DNA from: Patescibacteria group bacterium
GTDB lineage: Bacteria > Patescibacteriota > Minisyncoccia > Phycocordibacterales > Phycocordibacteraceae
DNA length: 64,000 bases
Direction of reading: 5' to 3'
Assembly: GCA_038057055.1 (NCBI GenBank)
Contig: JBBUDY010000047.1
Location: 16,048-80,047 of the forward strand
Shown here: one piece after another, positions 55,077-64,000 of the stretch
Numbering within the stretch: position 1 is the stretch's first letter
How the letters are laid out: the number at the start of each line of letters is the position of its first letter
Translations under genes and position numbers: made by a program
The notes under the pieces: generated by a model
Databases searched by the model: none
Told to the model about the DNA's origin: nothing
Seen by the model: only the letters and a program-made list of their open reading frames with translations

Positions 55077-57599
55077 ATGCTTGGGCTTTCCCGCCTCTTT
55101 TCTTCTAACCAATCTGCCGCCTTTCTTCGGGCTGCGGCGCCTATCGTGGCGTCCATACGCAGGCATTCAGAGGTCTTGGAAGGCCTTTCCGACGAGTCGG
55201 TGCGCGCACGGTTTTCTGAAATTCGTATCCATGCGTCAAAAGCCAGTACGCCGCCAGAAACGGACCTTTCCGAGGTGTTTGCACTGGTCCGCGAAGCAGC
55301 ACGGCGGACACTTCGCCAGCCGCATTTCGACGTACAACTCATCGGCGGACTCGCGCTCCTACGCGGAAAGATCGCCGAGATGCGTACCGGTGAAGGCAAA
55401 ACACTTGTTGCGACCCTGCCGGCGACGTTCCATGCGCTTTCGGGGAAAGGAGTACAGGTTGTTACGGTGAATGATTATCTCGCCCGTCGCGATGCGGCAT
55501 GGATGGGGCAGGTATATCAGTATCTCGGTCTTACGGTTGGTGTCGTGACGTCTGCCGGTGCGTATCGATACGATGCGTCACACGTCGCTACACAGGAAGA
55601 CAGGGAGCGTGATGTCGCCGGTTCATTTAAGGTGTTTTATGACTACTTACGTCCAGCGACCAAGCACGACGCGTATGCCGCTGACGTTACGTATGTTACT
55701 AACAACGAACTCGGATTTGATTATCTCCGTGACAACACCGCGTATGATGCTTCGCAGATTGTACAGCGCGGCCACCATTTCGCCATCGTCGACGAAGTCG
55801 ACTCAATCTTGATAGATGAGGCACGTACGCCGCTCATTATCTCCGGACCCGCCGGCGACTCCCAAAACCTTTACGAACGCTTTGCCGGTATCGTTCGTAC
55901 TATGAAGGAGAGTGAGGATTATACGATCGATGAGAAGCAAAAAGCCATCCAAATCACCGAAGAGGGAATGCGAAAGGCCGAAATAGCGCTTGGGCTCGAG
56001 AATCTGTACACCGAGGGCGGGGTGAAATACGCCCATCACCTTGAGACGGCAGTACGCGCGAAAGCATTATTTCAGCAGGACAAAGAATATGTAGTGCGCG
56101 ACAATGAGATTGTCATTGTCGATGAATTTACGGGGCGGCTTCAACCCGGGCGTCGCTGGTCGGAAGGTCTTCACCAAGCCATCGAGGCGAAGGAGGGAGT
56201 GAAAGTGCAGGAGGAGACGCGTACCTACGCCACGGTGACGTTTCAGAACTTGTTCCGTATGTATACGGGGCTTGCCGGCATGACGGGCACTGCGCTCTCC
56301 TCAGAGGAGGAATTTTATACCGTGTACGGGCTTGACGTCGTCGTGGTGCCGACTAATAAACCATCAGCCCGCAAGGACTTTGATGACCTTATTTTTCAGA
56401 CCGCAGCAGGAAAGTACCGTGCGGTCGCGCGCGCGGTGAAGGAGCGGCATACGAAAGGACAGCCGGTTCTCGTTGGCACGGTTTCCATTGAAGACAATGA
56501 ATTGGTCAGTACCTTTCTGAATGATGCGGGCGTGCCGCATGAAGTATTGAACGCGAAGAATCATGAACGGGAAGGTGAGATTATTGCCGAGGCAGGTTCG
56601 GTGGGGCGCGTAACGGTGGCAACGAACCTCGCGGGGCGCGGCGTTGACATTAAGCTCGGTGGCGCGCTCGCGACTCTAGAACAACGAACAACAGTTCTTG
56701 AGAGAGGGGGACTTGCGGTAATCGGCACCGAGCGGCACGACGCGCGCCGCATCGACAACCAGCTCCGCGGACGCTCGGGTCGTCAAGGGGATCCTGGTGA
56801 GACGCGATTTTACGTGTCGCTTGAGGATAAATTGATGCGCGTTTTTGCCGCAGAGACATTGAAAAAAGTAATGGGACGTTTCGGCATCCCAGAAGATGAG
56901 CCTATAGAGAGTGCGATGATTACTCGGTCACTCGAGACTGCACAGGGCAGGATTGAAGGGTTCAACTTTGACTCTCGCAAGCAAGTGCTCGCCTATGACG
57001 ACGTGATGAACACCCAGCGTCTCGCCATTTATGCGCGCCGCCGTGCCGCGTTGCAGGGAAGTAGTGGGGAGGTGGAGATGCTCATACGAGATTTGCTTGG
57101 CGATGGAGAAACAGCAAATGCGGCGTTTGAAGCAAAGAAAGCCAAGTTTGGCGAGGCTTTCGTCCCGCATTTGCGACGCCTTCTCTTGCAAGTAATCGAT
57201 ACCTTCTGGCTCGAGCATCTTGAGACAATGGACTATCTTCGCCGCTCTGTTTCCTTGCGGGCGTACGGCCAGCGAGATCCGCTCATCGAGTATCGTCGTG
57301 AAGGGCTCCAGCGTTTTCGGCAGCTTGAAGAAAATATCAAAGTTGCCGTTGCAGAAGCGCTTCCACGTCTCCAAAACACGGACGATACTCGCGTTCGCGC
57401 AGAACAAGAGAAGACACGCGCAGCGCTTGTCGCCGCAGGGAAGGAGGAAGGTGCCGCTCCGGCGCCGCTTAAAAAGGCAGCGGGGTACGGCCGCAATGAT
57501 ATAGTCACGCTCAAGAAAGGCGACGAGACGAAAACACTCAAATTTAAAAAAGCGGAAATCTTTTTATCACAAGGGTGGGAGATTGCACACGAAGCATAG
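55077..57599 (+). CDS. secA: preprotein translocase ATPase SecA
   Basis: 'MLGLSRLF' aligns with the E. coli N-terminus MLIKLLTKVF. Walker A 'MRTGEGKT', DEAD-like 'DEVDSILIDEARTPLIISG'. No C-terminal zinc finger. An upstream ATG (55071) and TTG (55059) are also in frame. Confidence 0.85.
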   Translation: MLGLSRLFSSNQSAAFLRAAAPIVASIRRHSEVLEGLSDESVRARFSEIRIHASKASTPPETDLSEVFALVREAARRTLRQPHFDVQLIGGLALLRGKIAEMRTGEGKTLVATLPATFHALSGKGVQVVTVNDYLARRDAAWMGQVYQYLGLTVGVVTSAGAYRYDASHVATQEDRERDVAGSFKVFYDYLRPATKHDAYAADVTYVTNNELGFDYLRDNTAYDASQIVQRGHHFAIVDEVDSILIDEARTPLIISGPAGDSQNLYERFAGIVRTMKESEDYTIDEKQKAIQITEEGMRKAEIALGLENLYTEGGVKYAHHLETAVRAKALFQQDKEYVVRDNEIVIVDEFTGRLQPGRRWSEGLHQAIEAKEGVKVQEETRTYATVTFQNLFRMYTGLAGMTGTALSSEEEFYTVYGLDVVVVPTNKPSARKDFDDLIFQTAAGKYRAVARAVKERHTKGQPVLVGTVSIEDNELVSTFLNDAGVPHEVLNAKNHEREGEIIAEAGSVGRVTVATNLAGRGVDIKLGGALATLEQRTTVLERGGLAVIGTERHDARRIDNQLRGRSGRQGDPGETRFYVSLEDKLMRVFAAETLKKVMGRFGIPEDEPIESAMITRSLETAQGRIEGFNFDSRKQVLAYDDVMNTQRLAIYARRRAALQGSSGEVEMLIRDLLGDGETANAAFEAKKAKFGEAFVPHLRRLLLQVIDTFWLEHLETMDYLRRSVSLRAYGQRDPLIEYRREGLQRFRQLEENIKVAVAEALPRLQNTDDTRVRAEQEKTRAALVAAGKEEGAAPAPLKKAAGYGRNDIVTLKKGDETKTLKFKKAEIFLSQGWEIAHEA

Positions 57600-57600
57600 T

Positions 57601-58572
57601 ATGGCATTTGTTGATGAAGCGAAGATATATGCGGAGTCGGGGAAAGGCGGCGACGGCGTCATTCGTTGGCTGCGCACTAAGGAGACTGCTCGCGGTGGAC
57701 CTTCTGGCGGCGACGGTGGGAAGGGTGGTGACGTTATTCTTGTTGGGGTACGTGATTTGGCAGCACTCGCGCAGTATCGGTATGAGAAAAAATTTCATGC
57801 AGAAAATGGCGAAGCCGGTAAAGGTGAATTGAAACGCGGCGCAAATGGCGAACCGATGCTTCTGAAAGTACCCGTAGGCACATTTGCACGTGTGGTTCAG
57901 ACTGGTGAGGAATATGAAATTACCAAAGAGGACGAACAGATTCTTCTTTTTCGCGGAGGGTATGGTGGTCTTGGCAATGCGCGATTCAAGAGTTCTACCA
58001 ATCAGAATCCCTTCCAACAAACCGTTGGGAAAAAAGGGAAGGGTGGGGATATCGAACTGACCCTTAAAATTATTGCTGATGCGGGGCTTATCGGTCTACC
58101 AAACGCAGGCAAGTCCTCACTCTTGAACGCGCTTACCCGGGCGAAGTCAAAAGTCGGTTCCTATCCCTTCACAACGCTCGAGCCGAATCTCGGAGAATTC
58201 TATGGTCACATACTTGCTGACATACCAGGACTTATCGAAGGAGCCTCGTCAGGGCGAGGTCTCGGTATTAAATTTTTGAAACATGTTGAAAGGACAGGAA
58301 TCCTATTACATCTTGTCTCGGCAGACCAAGATGACCCACTCGCGGCCTATAGGGAAGTACGGAAGGAAATAGAGTTGTTTAGGCATGGACTCGATTCAAA
58401 ACGGGAAATCGTTATCCTGTCCAAAATAGACCTTATTTCGCAAGATACATGGGAAACCAAAGCTAAGCTTTTAGCCCGCGAGACCGGTAGGGAAGTACTC
58501 CCAGTATCAGTAAAAGATCCCGAATCCCTCAAGAAATTTTCAGATCAACTTTCAAATATCTTCAAGAAGTAG
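57601..58572 (+). CDS. obg: GTPase Obg/CgtA (short form lacking the C-terminal domain)
   Basis: Gly-rich Obg fold 'GGDGGKGGDV', G1 'GLPNAGKSS', G3 'DIPGLIEGA'. Confidence 0.85.
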   Translation: MAFVDEAKIYAESGKGGDGVIRWLRTKETARGGPSGGDGGKGGDVILVGVRDLAALAQYRYEKKFHAENGEAGKGELKRGANGEPMLLKVPVGTFARVVQTGEEYEITKEDEQILLFRGGYGGLGNARFKSSTNQNPFQQTVGKKGKGGDIELTLKIIADAGLIGLPNAGKSSLLNALTRAKSKVGSYPFTTLEPNLGEFYGHILADIPGLIEGASSGRGLGIKFLKHVERTGILLHLVSADQDDPLAAYREVRKEIELFRHGLDSKREIVILSKIDLISQDTWETKAKLLARETGREVLPVSVKDPESLKKFSDQLSNIFKK

Positions 58573-58587
58573 TATTCTTTGGGAATC

Positions 58588-60009
58588 ATGTATCGTCCCA
58601 CCATCGGTCTTGAGATTCATGCAGAACTCTCAACCAAGACCAAGATGTTCTGTAACTCGGCGAATGATCCCGACGAGTCGCGGCCTAATGTGAATATATG
58701 CCCAATTTGTCTCGCGCATCCTGGGACGCTGCCGGTCATTAACCGAGAAGCGGTCCGACATATGCTACGCGTTGGTACTGCAATTGGCGGTACGATTGCA
58801 GATTTTAGCGAATTCGATCGCAAGAGTTATTTTTATCCCGACATTCCAAAGGGGTATCAGATTAGTCAGTATGAACATCCGCTCGTCGTGGGAGGAATGC
58901 TTGCAGGGGTTGCGATTACGCGCGTGCATCTTGAAGAAGATACGGCGCGCTCAATACACCTGTCTGCGCAGGCAGGAAAGAGTCTTGTCGATTTTAATCG
59001 TGCCGGCATCCCTCTTATGGAACTGGTGACTGAACCGGTTATTCCTGATGCAGAAACGGCAGGTCGCTTTGCACGAGAACTGCAGCTCCTCTTGCGTACG
59101 CTCCGTGCAAGTGAGGCTAATCTTGAGAAAGGGGAGATGCGAATAGAAGCGAATGTTTCGGTCTCATCTACTGAAGGAAAGTTTGGCACGAAAGTAGAAG
59201 TGAAAAATCTCAATTCATTTCGCTCTGTCGAGCGGGCTATTGCATTTGAGATACAACGTCAAACCGCGCTCATTGAGAAAGGAGGGAAGGTAGTTCAGGA
59301 AACGCGTGGGTGGGACGAATCGAAACAAGAAACCTTTCATCAGCGATTTAAAGAAGGAAGCGCCGACTACCGATACTTCCCAGAACCGGATCTTCCAAAA
59401 CTTTTTCTTTCTGACATTCCAGAATTCTCGCACGAGGCGATTCGCGCGTCACTGCCAGAATTGCCATGGGAGCGCCGTGAGCGATACGTGAAGATGTATT
59501 CACTTAAAGAAAGTGATGTTGCATATCTTTGTGCAACACCGGAACGAGCGTCATTTTTTGATGCGGTCGCTTCTGCTCTCCATACGGATATAAAACTCAC
59601 CGCACTCGCTGCAAATTACATTGTGTCCGATCTCGCCGGCATATATGCGAAGCGTGAAGGAGAGGAATACACAACACTTGATCCCGCTGCATTTTCAAAA
59701 CTTATTCAGCTGGTCAATTCGCACACGCTCTCTTCTCGCGGTGCAAAGGACACATTACTCATCTGGATTGAAAAAGGTGGAGATCCGGAAGTAATTGCAA
59801 AAGAGCATCATCTCATACAGATTCATGATTCTGTCGCACTGGGTGCGGTGGTCGACGCTGTACTTGCTCAGGAGGGGAAAGCAGTCCAAGAGTATAAAAA
59901 CGGGAAGCTCTCAACACTTCAGTATCTGGTAGGGAAGGCTATGAAGGAGAGTCGTGGAGCAGGGAATCCTCTTGAGTTGCAGAAATTGATAACAGAGAAA
60001 ATCGGCTAG
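58588..60009 (+). CDS. gatB: Asp-tRNA(Asn)/Glu-tRNA(Gln) amidotransferase subunit B
   Basis: 'PTIGLEIHAEL', 'KMFCNS', 'CPICLAHPGTLP'. The track start at 58579 is a TTG. The ATG at 58588 is preferred. Confidence 0.85.
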   Translation: MYRPTIGLEIHAELSTKTKMFCNSANDPDESRPNVNICPICLAHPGTLPVINREAVRHMLRVGTAIGGTIADFSEFDRKSYFYPDIPKGYQISQYEHPLVVGGMLAGVAITRVHLEEDTARSIHLSAQAGKSLVDFNRAGIPLMELVTEPVIPDAETAGRFARELQLLLRTLRASEANLEKGEMRIEANVSVSSTEGKFGTKVEVKNLNSFRSVERAIAFEIQRQTALIEKGGKVVQETRGWDESKQETFHQRFKEGSADYRYFPEPDLPKLFLSDIPEFSHEAIRASLPELPWERRERYVKMYSLKESDVAYLCATPERASFFDAVASALHTDIKLTALAANYIVSDLAGIYAKREGEEYTTLDPAAFSKLIQLVNSHTLSSRGAKDTLLIWIEKGGDPEVIAKEHHLIQIHDSVALGAVVDAVLAQEGKAVQEYKNGKLSTLQYLVGKAMKESRGAGNPLELQKLITEKIG

Positions 60010-60060
60010 ACGCAATCCACACCTCTTCCTTCCCAGCCGAGATATGGTTATACTGTAGGG

Positions 60061-60831
60061 ATGGATGAGCTAATTATAGGAGAGAAAAAATATATATCGT
60101 CAAAGCAAGCGGCAAAAGTAACTGGATACGCAAAGGATTATATAGGTCAGTTATGTCGCGAGGGACGAGTCTCGGCTCGTCTTGTGGGCCGTAGTTGGTA
60201 TGTGCTTGAATCTGCCCTTCACGATCATCGTTTCGGTGAACCGAAAGAGGCGTCGGTGCGTTCTGCACAGGCGACACCTATGAAATCCGTATCTGGGTGG
60301 GAATCTCCTCGCTATGTAGCAGCTAATGCTGAAGTTCTTCCGTCTATAAATCGTTTAGAAACTACCAATGAAGAAGAGGAAGGAGGAACCTCACAACGTC
60401 TCCAAGACACTTGGCAAGCATGGTTCGACAGATTTGACAGTGTCGTCAATACAGCAAATGCTGGGAGGGTGGGAGCCGGAGAACTAGTAGAAGAGGAGGA
60501 AAAAGGGATATCAGTCGAACAGAAAGAAGTATCCATCCCTATCCATACCATTTATCGTGAGCCACAGTATCAACAGCTTGAAGAATCGATGCCACAGTCC
60601 CAAATTGAGTCACTGGGAGGGGAGTCGAATAAATTAGATAAAGACCAGGAAAGAAACGAAAGAGGGCATAATGGGCCACAAAGAGTCTTTAGAACGATAC
60701 AGATAGCCGGAGTGCTCTTCGCAGGCGTTATGATTACCCTAGCGACATTTGGAAGTGGTTATTTAGACAAATATATAATCTCGAATAGCCAAGCAAGTAT
60801 AATTGCTGGAATAATTCTCTATAATAAATAG
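60061..60831 (+). CDS. membrane protein with N-terminal excisionase/MerR-like HTH (HTH_17-like) motif and C-terminal TM helix
   Basis: 'ISSKQAAKVTGYAKDYIGQLCREGRVSARLVGRSWYV'. Acidic low-complexity middle. TM 'IQIAGVLFAGVMITLATFG'. Confidence 0.55.
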   Translation: MDELIIGEKKYISSKQAAKVTGYAKDYIGQLCREGRVSARLVGRSWYVLESALHDHRFGEPKEASVRSAQATPMKSVSGWESPRYVAANAEVLPSINRLETTNEEEEGGTSQRLQDTWQAWFDRFDSVVNTANAGRVGAGELVEEEEKGISVEQKEVSIPIHTIYREPQYQQLEESMPQSQIESLGGESNKLDKDQERNERGHNGPQRVFRTIQIAGVLFAGVMITLATFGSGYLDKYIISNSQASIIAGIILYNK

Positions 60832-61420
60832 TGTATTTATTGGTTTTCTTGTCTTGGCAATACAAGATTATCATTCGATGATAAATATTCTACAGAAATT
60901 CAGACATATCTATAGTAAATCTATTAAACAAATTTATAGTGTAAGAGGAGAAAATTGAGTTGATTAGATCGTTTCGAGGATAGCATTCACTATTGTCCTA
61001 ACATATATCTTATGTGTGAATAATAGAGTTTAGTACCCTATGTTAACTATAAAGTCGATTAGTATTAATGCTAAATATAGTATAAAAATTTACAGATTCT
61101 CCGGAATATGTAAGTAAATACTACGTTGTTCGGTTATCCGGCTATATATATCTAATAATAATGTATTGCGATAAATAAAAGCGTTTCGATCCATTATTTC
61201 CCGACAATCTTTAACTCCAATCTTCCTCCAAAGACGTTTTTTGATTATATTTTTGATTTTTAGTGTCATTTTTATCAATTTTTGACAGAAATTTTTGACT
61301 TCTAGACCATCCCACGCGGAAGTCTTATTTGGTTCTGATAATTATCCCCATATTCATTTTATTTTTCTGTAGGAGGTGCCAGAAACATAAGTTATTATTT
61401 AGTTAATTCGGTTATCCGAC
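60832..61420. repeat. AT-rich (~28-30% GC) 0.59-kb spacer with phased T-tracts / TTTTTGA repeats and a duplicated TTCGGTTATCCG(G/A)C motif
   Basis: TTTTTGA-like units at ~61238, 61250, 61269, 61279, 61292. A TTGACA at 61282. 'gTTCGGTTATCCGGC' at 61128-61142 and 'aTTCGGTTATCCGAC' at 61407-61420, the latter abutting the ATG at 61421. Confidence 0.6.
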
Positions 61421-64000
61421 ATGGATCCTTCTCTTAACGAAAATCTGATTACGACAAAGTATGCTGGAGAACTTTCTGGCTACACTTCTGATTATGTATC
61501 ACGTCTCTTACGTTCAGGAAAAATTGCAGGAAAAAGAATCGGACGGAATTGGTTAGTAGAAAGAGAATCGTTCGTACGTTTTCTCGATATACAAGGAAAT
61601 CACAATGTGGATCGCGCACGGACACTCGCCAGCGACCGCGCGGAGGAATATCGAGCACATCGGTCGCTTCTACATCGCGCGACGAAATCATTGACAGCAT
61701 CTCCTTCGGTGTCGAAGCCGGCTACTACCGATGGAAGTAGCCCCTTTTCAGAAATACCTACATGGGGTATCGCATCAGGTATTTCAGTAGGAAAATTCGG
61801 TTCACACATAATGGCGCTCACGGCTAGTTTTCTGATAGTCGGCTCGAGTGCACTGGTGGTGCATACCCCAGTAGTTTCAGCGTTTGCAATGGACACGGGA
61901 GAAGTTGTCCTTGATGTCCTTTACGGATTTGGTGAGACATTTGGTGATATCCAATCGGACATTGCTTCAAGAATCGATGGAGCGAAAGATGAAATGTCAA
62001 CCGTGTCATCTCGTGTTGCATCGCGTGCTGTACTCGCATCTTTAGATACCGTGTCGCCGCTTCTCACACAACCGGATTTTTCTCCACCGCAAATAGCGGT
62101 TACCGATACTCAACGCATCCGTGTCGCATCAGAATTTGGAAATGAAGCTTCTCAAGCAACTTCAGTCGCACCGATGTTTACTGTCGATGATGCACAAGCA
62201 TTTGCGCTACAGACATATGCACTCATAAGTTCTCCAACACGCGCAGTGAATGCATTTATGCATGCGTATGTTGCTCTTGGAGAACAAATGTACATCGCCA
62301 TTACGTCTTCATTTACCGCATACGATTCACTCATTAAGAAATCAGGAGTGCAAACGCTCGCACTCGCAGGTACAACTCGAGATGTACTTGCGCACGCACC
62401 AGAATTAATCACGCGAATGAATCTTGCACTTGGAGAATCGGTCATCAAGGCAACGCATACCGCAATACAAGCAGACGTATCACTCGCATACGGAACCGCA
62501 GCCGCCGCACCAGCAAGCGCGCAGGTTGTAACCGCGTTCATCGGAAACACTGGTGATGTGCTCGCACGCGCTACCGCTCACACCGCAGTAGAAACAGCAG
62601 CTCGCACCGCATTTATTCTACGCGGTTTCGGTGATGGGTTGTATGAGGGTACAAAGAGTATTCAAGACGTGCTGTATACCACAGGACCGCTTCTCGCGAA
62701 CCTGCCGACGACCATTGAAAATGCATATCTCGGTATATTCGGCAAAAGTGCGCTTGCCCTCCAGAGCCTAAAAAGTGAAATAGGGCTTGCGTTTAACTCA
62801 ATTAGCACCGAACTACAGTCCAATACACAGCTTGCCGCGGTACTTGCCGCCGTACAGCCCGTGCTTGCTCCGGGTGAACGGCTCGCGCTTGCCGTATATG
62901 AATCAGTCCAAGCCCTTTTTGATTCTGCAACCAATACGCTTGCCACAATCATTGCACCATCACCGATTATCATACTGCCGAACGTTCCATCACGATTCTT
63001 CGCGATTGCAACGTCATCTGAATTTGCTCCCTCACCGTTTCTCTCCGGAGATAATGAGTCGACAACTACTCCGTACATAACGGTTGTGCAAGGCGTTTCG
63101 TCGGACTACATGAATCAGTCGCTTGCGTCATTTCGTTCTGACATACTCACAACAGTTGCTGGTTTGGTGCAGCCAGTGAGTAATCAGACTGGAACGAATT
63201 CAAACACAATCCAGTATGTAAACATGATTCAAGATTTGACGAATCTCATCGTGCGTAATGGCGACTTCCGTGGCGGAACATTTGATAATGCCACTAGAAT
63301 TTCTGCGACCGGTGGCAACTTCACTAGCCTCACGGGCGGTACAACAAACCTTGGTGCGACGACAATTAACGGGTCTCTCATCGTTAATGGCGTCTTAATC
63401 ACTGGTAGTAGTGCTGGTAATGTTGCGACTTCTACCGCTGAGTTAGCGGGAAATCTTCCGTATTGGACATCGACCGCGGGGACGCCCGCCGCGCTCGGAA
63501 GCGCGGCGAACCTGAATTGGAACAACAGCATTTCGCTCCTCTCTGTTGTTGGCAATGCTTCAACAACGCAACTCACCGCAACAAGCTCTGTCTATCTCGC
63601 GACACTTGGTGGCCGCGTCGGCATCGGTACTACCACCCCCGCTGTTGCGCTCGATATCTACGCAACTGATGCTATTCGCCTACCGGTCGGCTCCACCGTA
63701 CAGAGACCGACAACAGGCGGTACTGGCTTTGTTCGATACAACATCACCACGCATCAGTTCGAAGGATATGGCGACAACAGTGTCTGGCAAGGTCTTGGTG
63801 GTGTGATTGATGCTGATCAAGACACATACATTACTGCCGACACCAACAACACAGACGAGGATACACTCCGCCTATTCACTTTCGGGAATCAGCGTATGAC
63901 AATCGCCAACACCGGCAACGTCGGCATCGGGACGACGAGCCCTTACGCCCTCCTCTCGCTCGCCGGCTCCTCCGGCGGTACAAGCAATCTCTTCGCACTC
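61421..64000 (+). CDS. 3'-truncated giant surface protein (>860 aa in window): N-terminal HTH_17-like motif, one TM helix, then a Ser/Thr/Ala-rich extracellular region with '(V)GIGTT(T/S)P' repeats
   Basis: Frame +1 from ATG 61421 checked codon by codon to position 64000 with no stop. It is absent from the supplied ORF track because it has no in-window stop. 'LITTKYAGELSGYTSDYVSRLLRSGKIAGKRIGRNWLV' is paralogous to the N-terminus of the 60061 protein. TM 'IMALTASFLIVGSSALVV'. Repeats 'RVGIGTTTPAVALDIY' and 'NVGIGTTSPYALLSLAGSSGG'. Confidence 0.7.
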   Translation, partial: MDPSLNENLITTKYAGELSGYTSDYVSRLLRSGKIAGKRIGRNWLVERESFVRFLDIQGNHNVDRARTLASDRAEEYRAHRSLLHRATKSLTASPSVSKPATTDGSSPFSEIPTWGIASGISVGKFGSHIMALTASFLIVGSSALVVHTPVVSAFAMDTGEVVLDVLYGFGETFGDIQSDIASRIDGAKDEMSTVSSRVASRAVLASLDTVSPLLTQPDFSPPQIAVTDTQRIRVASEFGNEASQATSVAPMFTVDDAQAFALQTYALISSPTRAVNAFMHAYVALGEQMYIAITSSFTAYDSLIKKSGVQTLALAGTTRDVLAHAPELITRMNLALGESVIKATHTAIQADVSLAYGTAAAAPASAQVVTAFIGNTGDVLARATAHTAVETAARTAFILRGFGDGLYEGTKSIQDVLYTTGPLLANLPTTIENAYLGIFGKSALALQSLKSEIGLAFNSISTELQSNTQLAAVLAAVQPVLAPGERLALAVYESVQALFDSATNTLATIIAPSPIIILPNVPSRFFAIATSSEFAPSPFLSGDNESTTTPYITVVQGVSSDYMNQSLASFRSDILTTVAGLVQPVSNQTGTNSNTIQYVNMIQDLTNLIVRNGDFRGGTFDNATRISATGGNFTSLTGGTTNLGATTINGSLIVNGVLITGSSAGNVATSTAELAGNLPYWTSTAGTPAALGSAANLNWNNSISLLSVVGNASTTQLTATSSVYLATLGGRVGIGTTTPAVALDIYATDAIRLPVGSTVQRPTTGGTGFVRYNITTHQFEGYGDNSVWQGLGGVIDADQDTYITADTNNTDEDTLRLFTFGNQRMTIANTGNVGIGTTSPYALLSLAGSSGGTSNLFAL

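Noticed and set aside
61449-63576. Several minus-strand ORFs (83-138 aa) at the 3' end, the only track ORFs in that region
   Set aside because: The plus strand carries an uninterrupted >860-codon frame with a paralogous N-terminal motif and TM helix. The track omitted it only because its stop lies outside the window.
1-64000. Search for tRNA/rRNA genes, IS elements, integrases or CRISPR arrays
   Set aside because: No cloverleaf-like conserved tRNA segments (GTTC…/…TCGAATC-type) were seen in the few intergenic gaps, and no transposase/integrase motifs (DDE, R-H-R-Y) in any ORF. The apparent foreign cassette at 22.1-23.2 kb has no flanking direct repeats that I could find.

Overview
This 64 kb window is a densely packed, almost entirely coding region from a moderate-GC (~50% by eye) bacterial genome. 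Its reduced housekeeping proteins and recurring HTH-plus-transmembrane surface proteins are reminiscent of a Candidate Phyla Radiation / Parcubacteria-like lineage, but that is a low-confidence inference.

Most of the first ~54 kb is one very large glycan and protein-glycosylation island:
- About 20 glycosyltransferases: GT4 x8, GT2 x3, GT9-like x2-3, a GT11-like, an exostosin/GT47-like, three GT39/GT-C membrane transferases and a Wzy_C-TPR ligase.
- Eight SAM-dependent methyltransferases (class I, FkbM, TylF-like O-MT, two zinc-ribbon C-methyltransferase-like).
- A dTDP-6-deoxyhexose set (RmlA-like, RmlB, RmlC, RmlD-like).
- A heptose kinase (HldE domain I-like).
- Two GtrA-type flippase modules.
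- An MsbA-like ABC exporter and a SemiSWEET-like mini sugar transporter.

The most notable part is at 28-45 kb: a complete legionaminic/pseudaminic-type nonulosonic acid pathway. It has a CapD/PseB-like dehydratase, a DegT aminotransferase, NeuC-, NeuB- and NeuA-like enzymes, a HisF/HisH/WbpG-like acetamidino-forming trio, and an unusual PHP-phosphoesterase-ATP-grasp fusion. Its layout resembles the C. jejuni ptm flagellin-modification locus.

A compositionally foreign (~62-65% GC) Nudix-like gene at 22.3-23.1 kb sits between a sigma70-like promoter followed by a perfect 22-bp hairpin and an intrinsic terminator.

The 3' end of the window carries housekeeping genes (murB, secA, obg, gatB), a 17-codon lysine-rich micro-ORF with its own terminator, and a 0.6 kb AT-rich spacer. 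Downstream of that spacer is a >860-aa Ser/Thr/Ala-rich surface protein gene that runs off the window and is therefore absent from the supplied ORF track.

Many divergent gene pairs are separated by only 20-40 bp containing palindromic TATA(G/C/A)T boxes that abut the start codons, which suggests leaderless transcription. No rRNA, tRNA, CRISPR or transposase genes were recognised.
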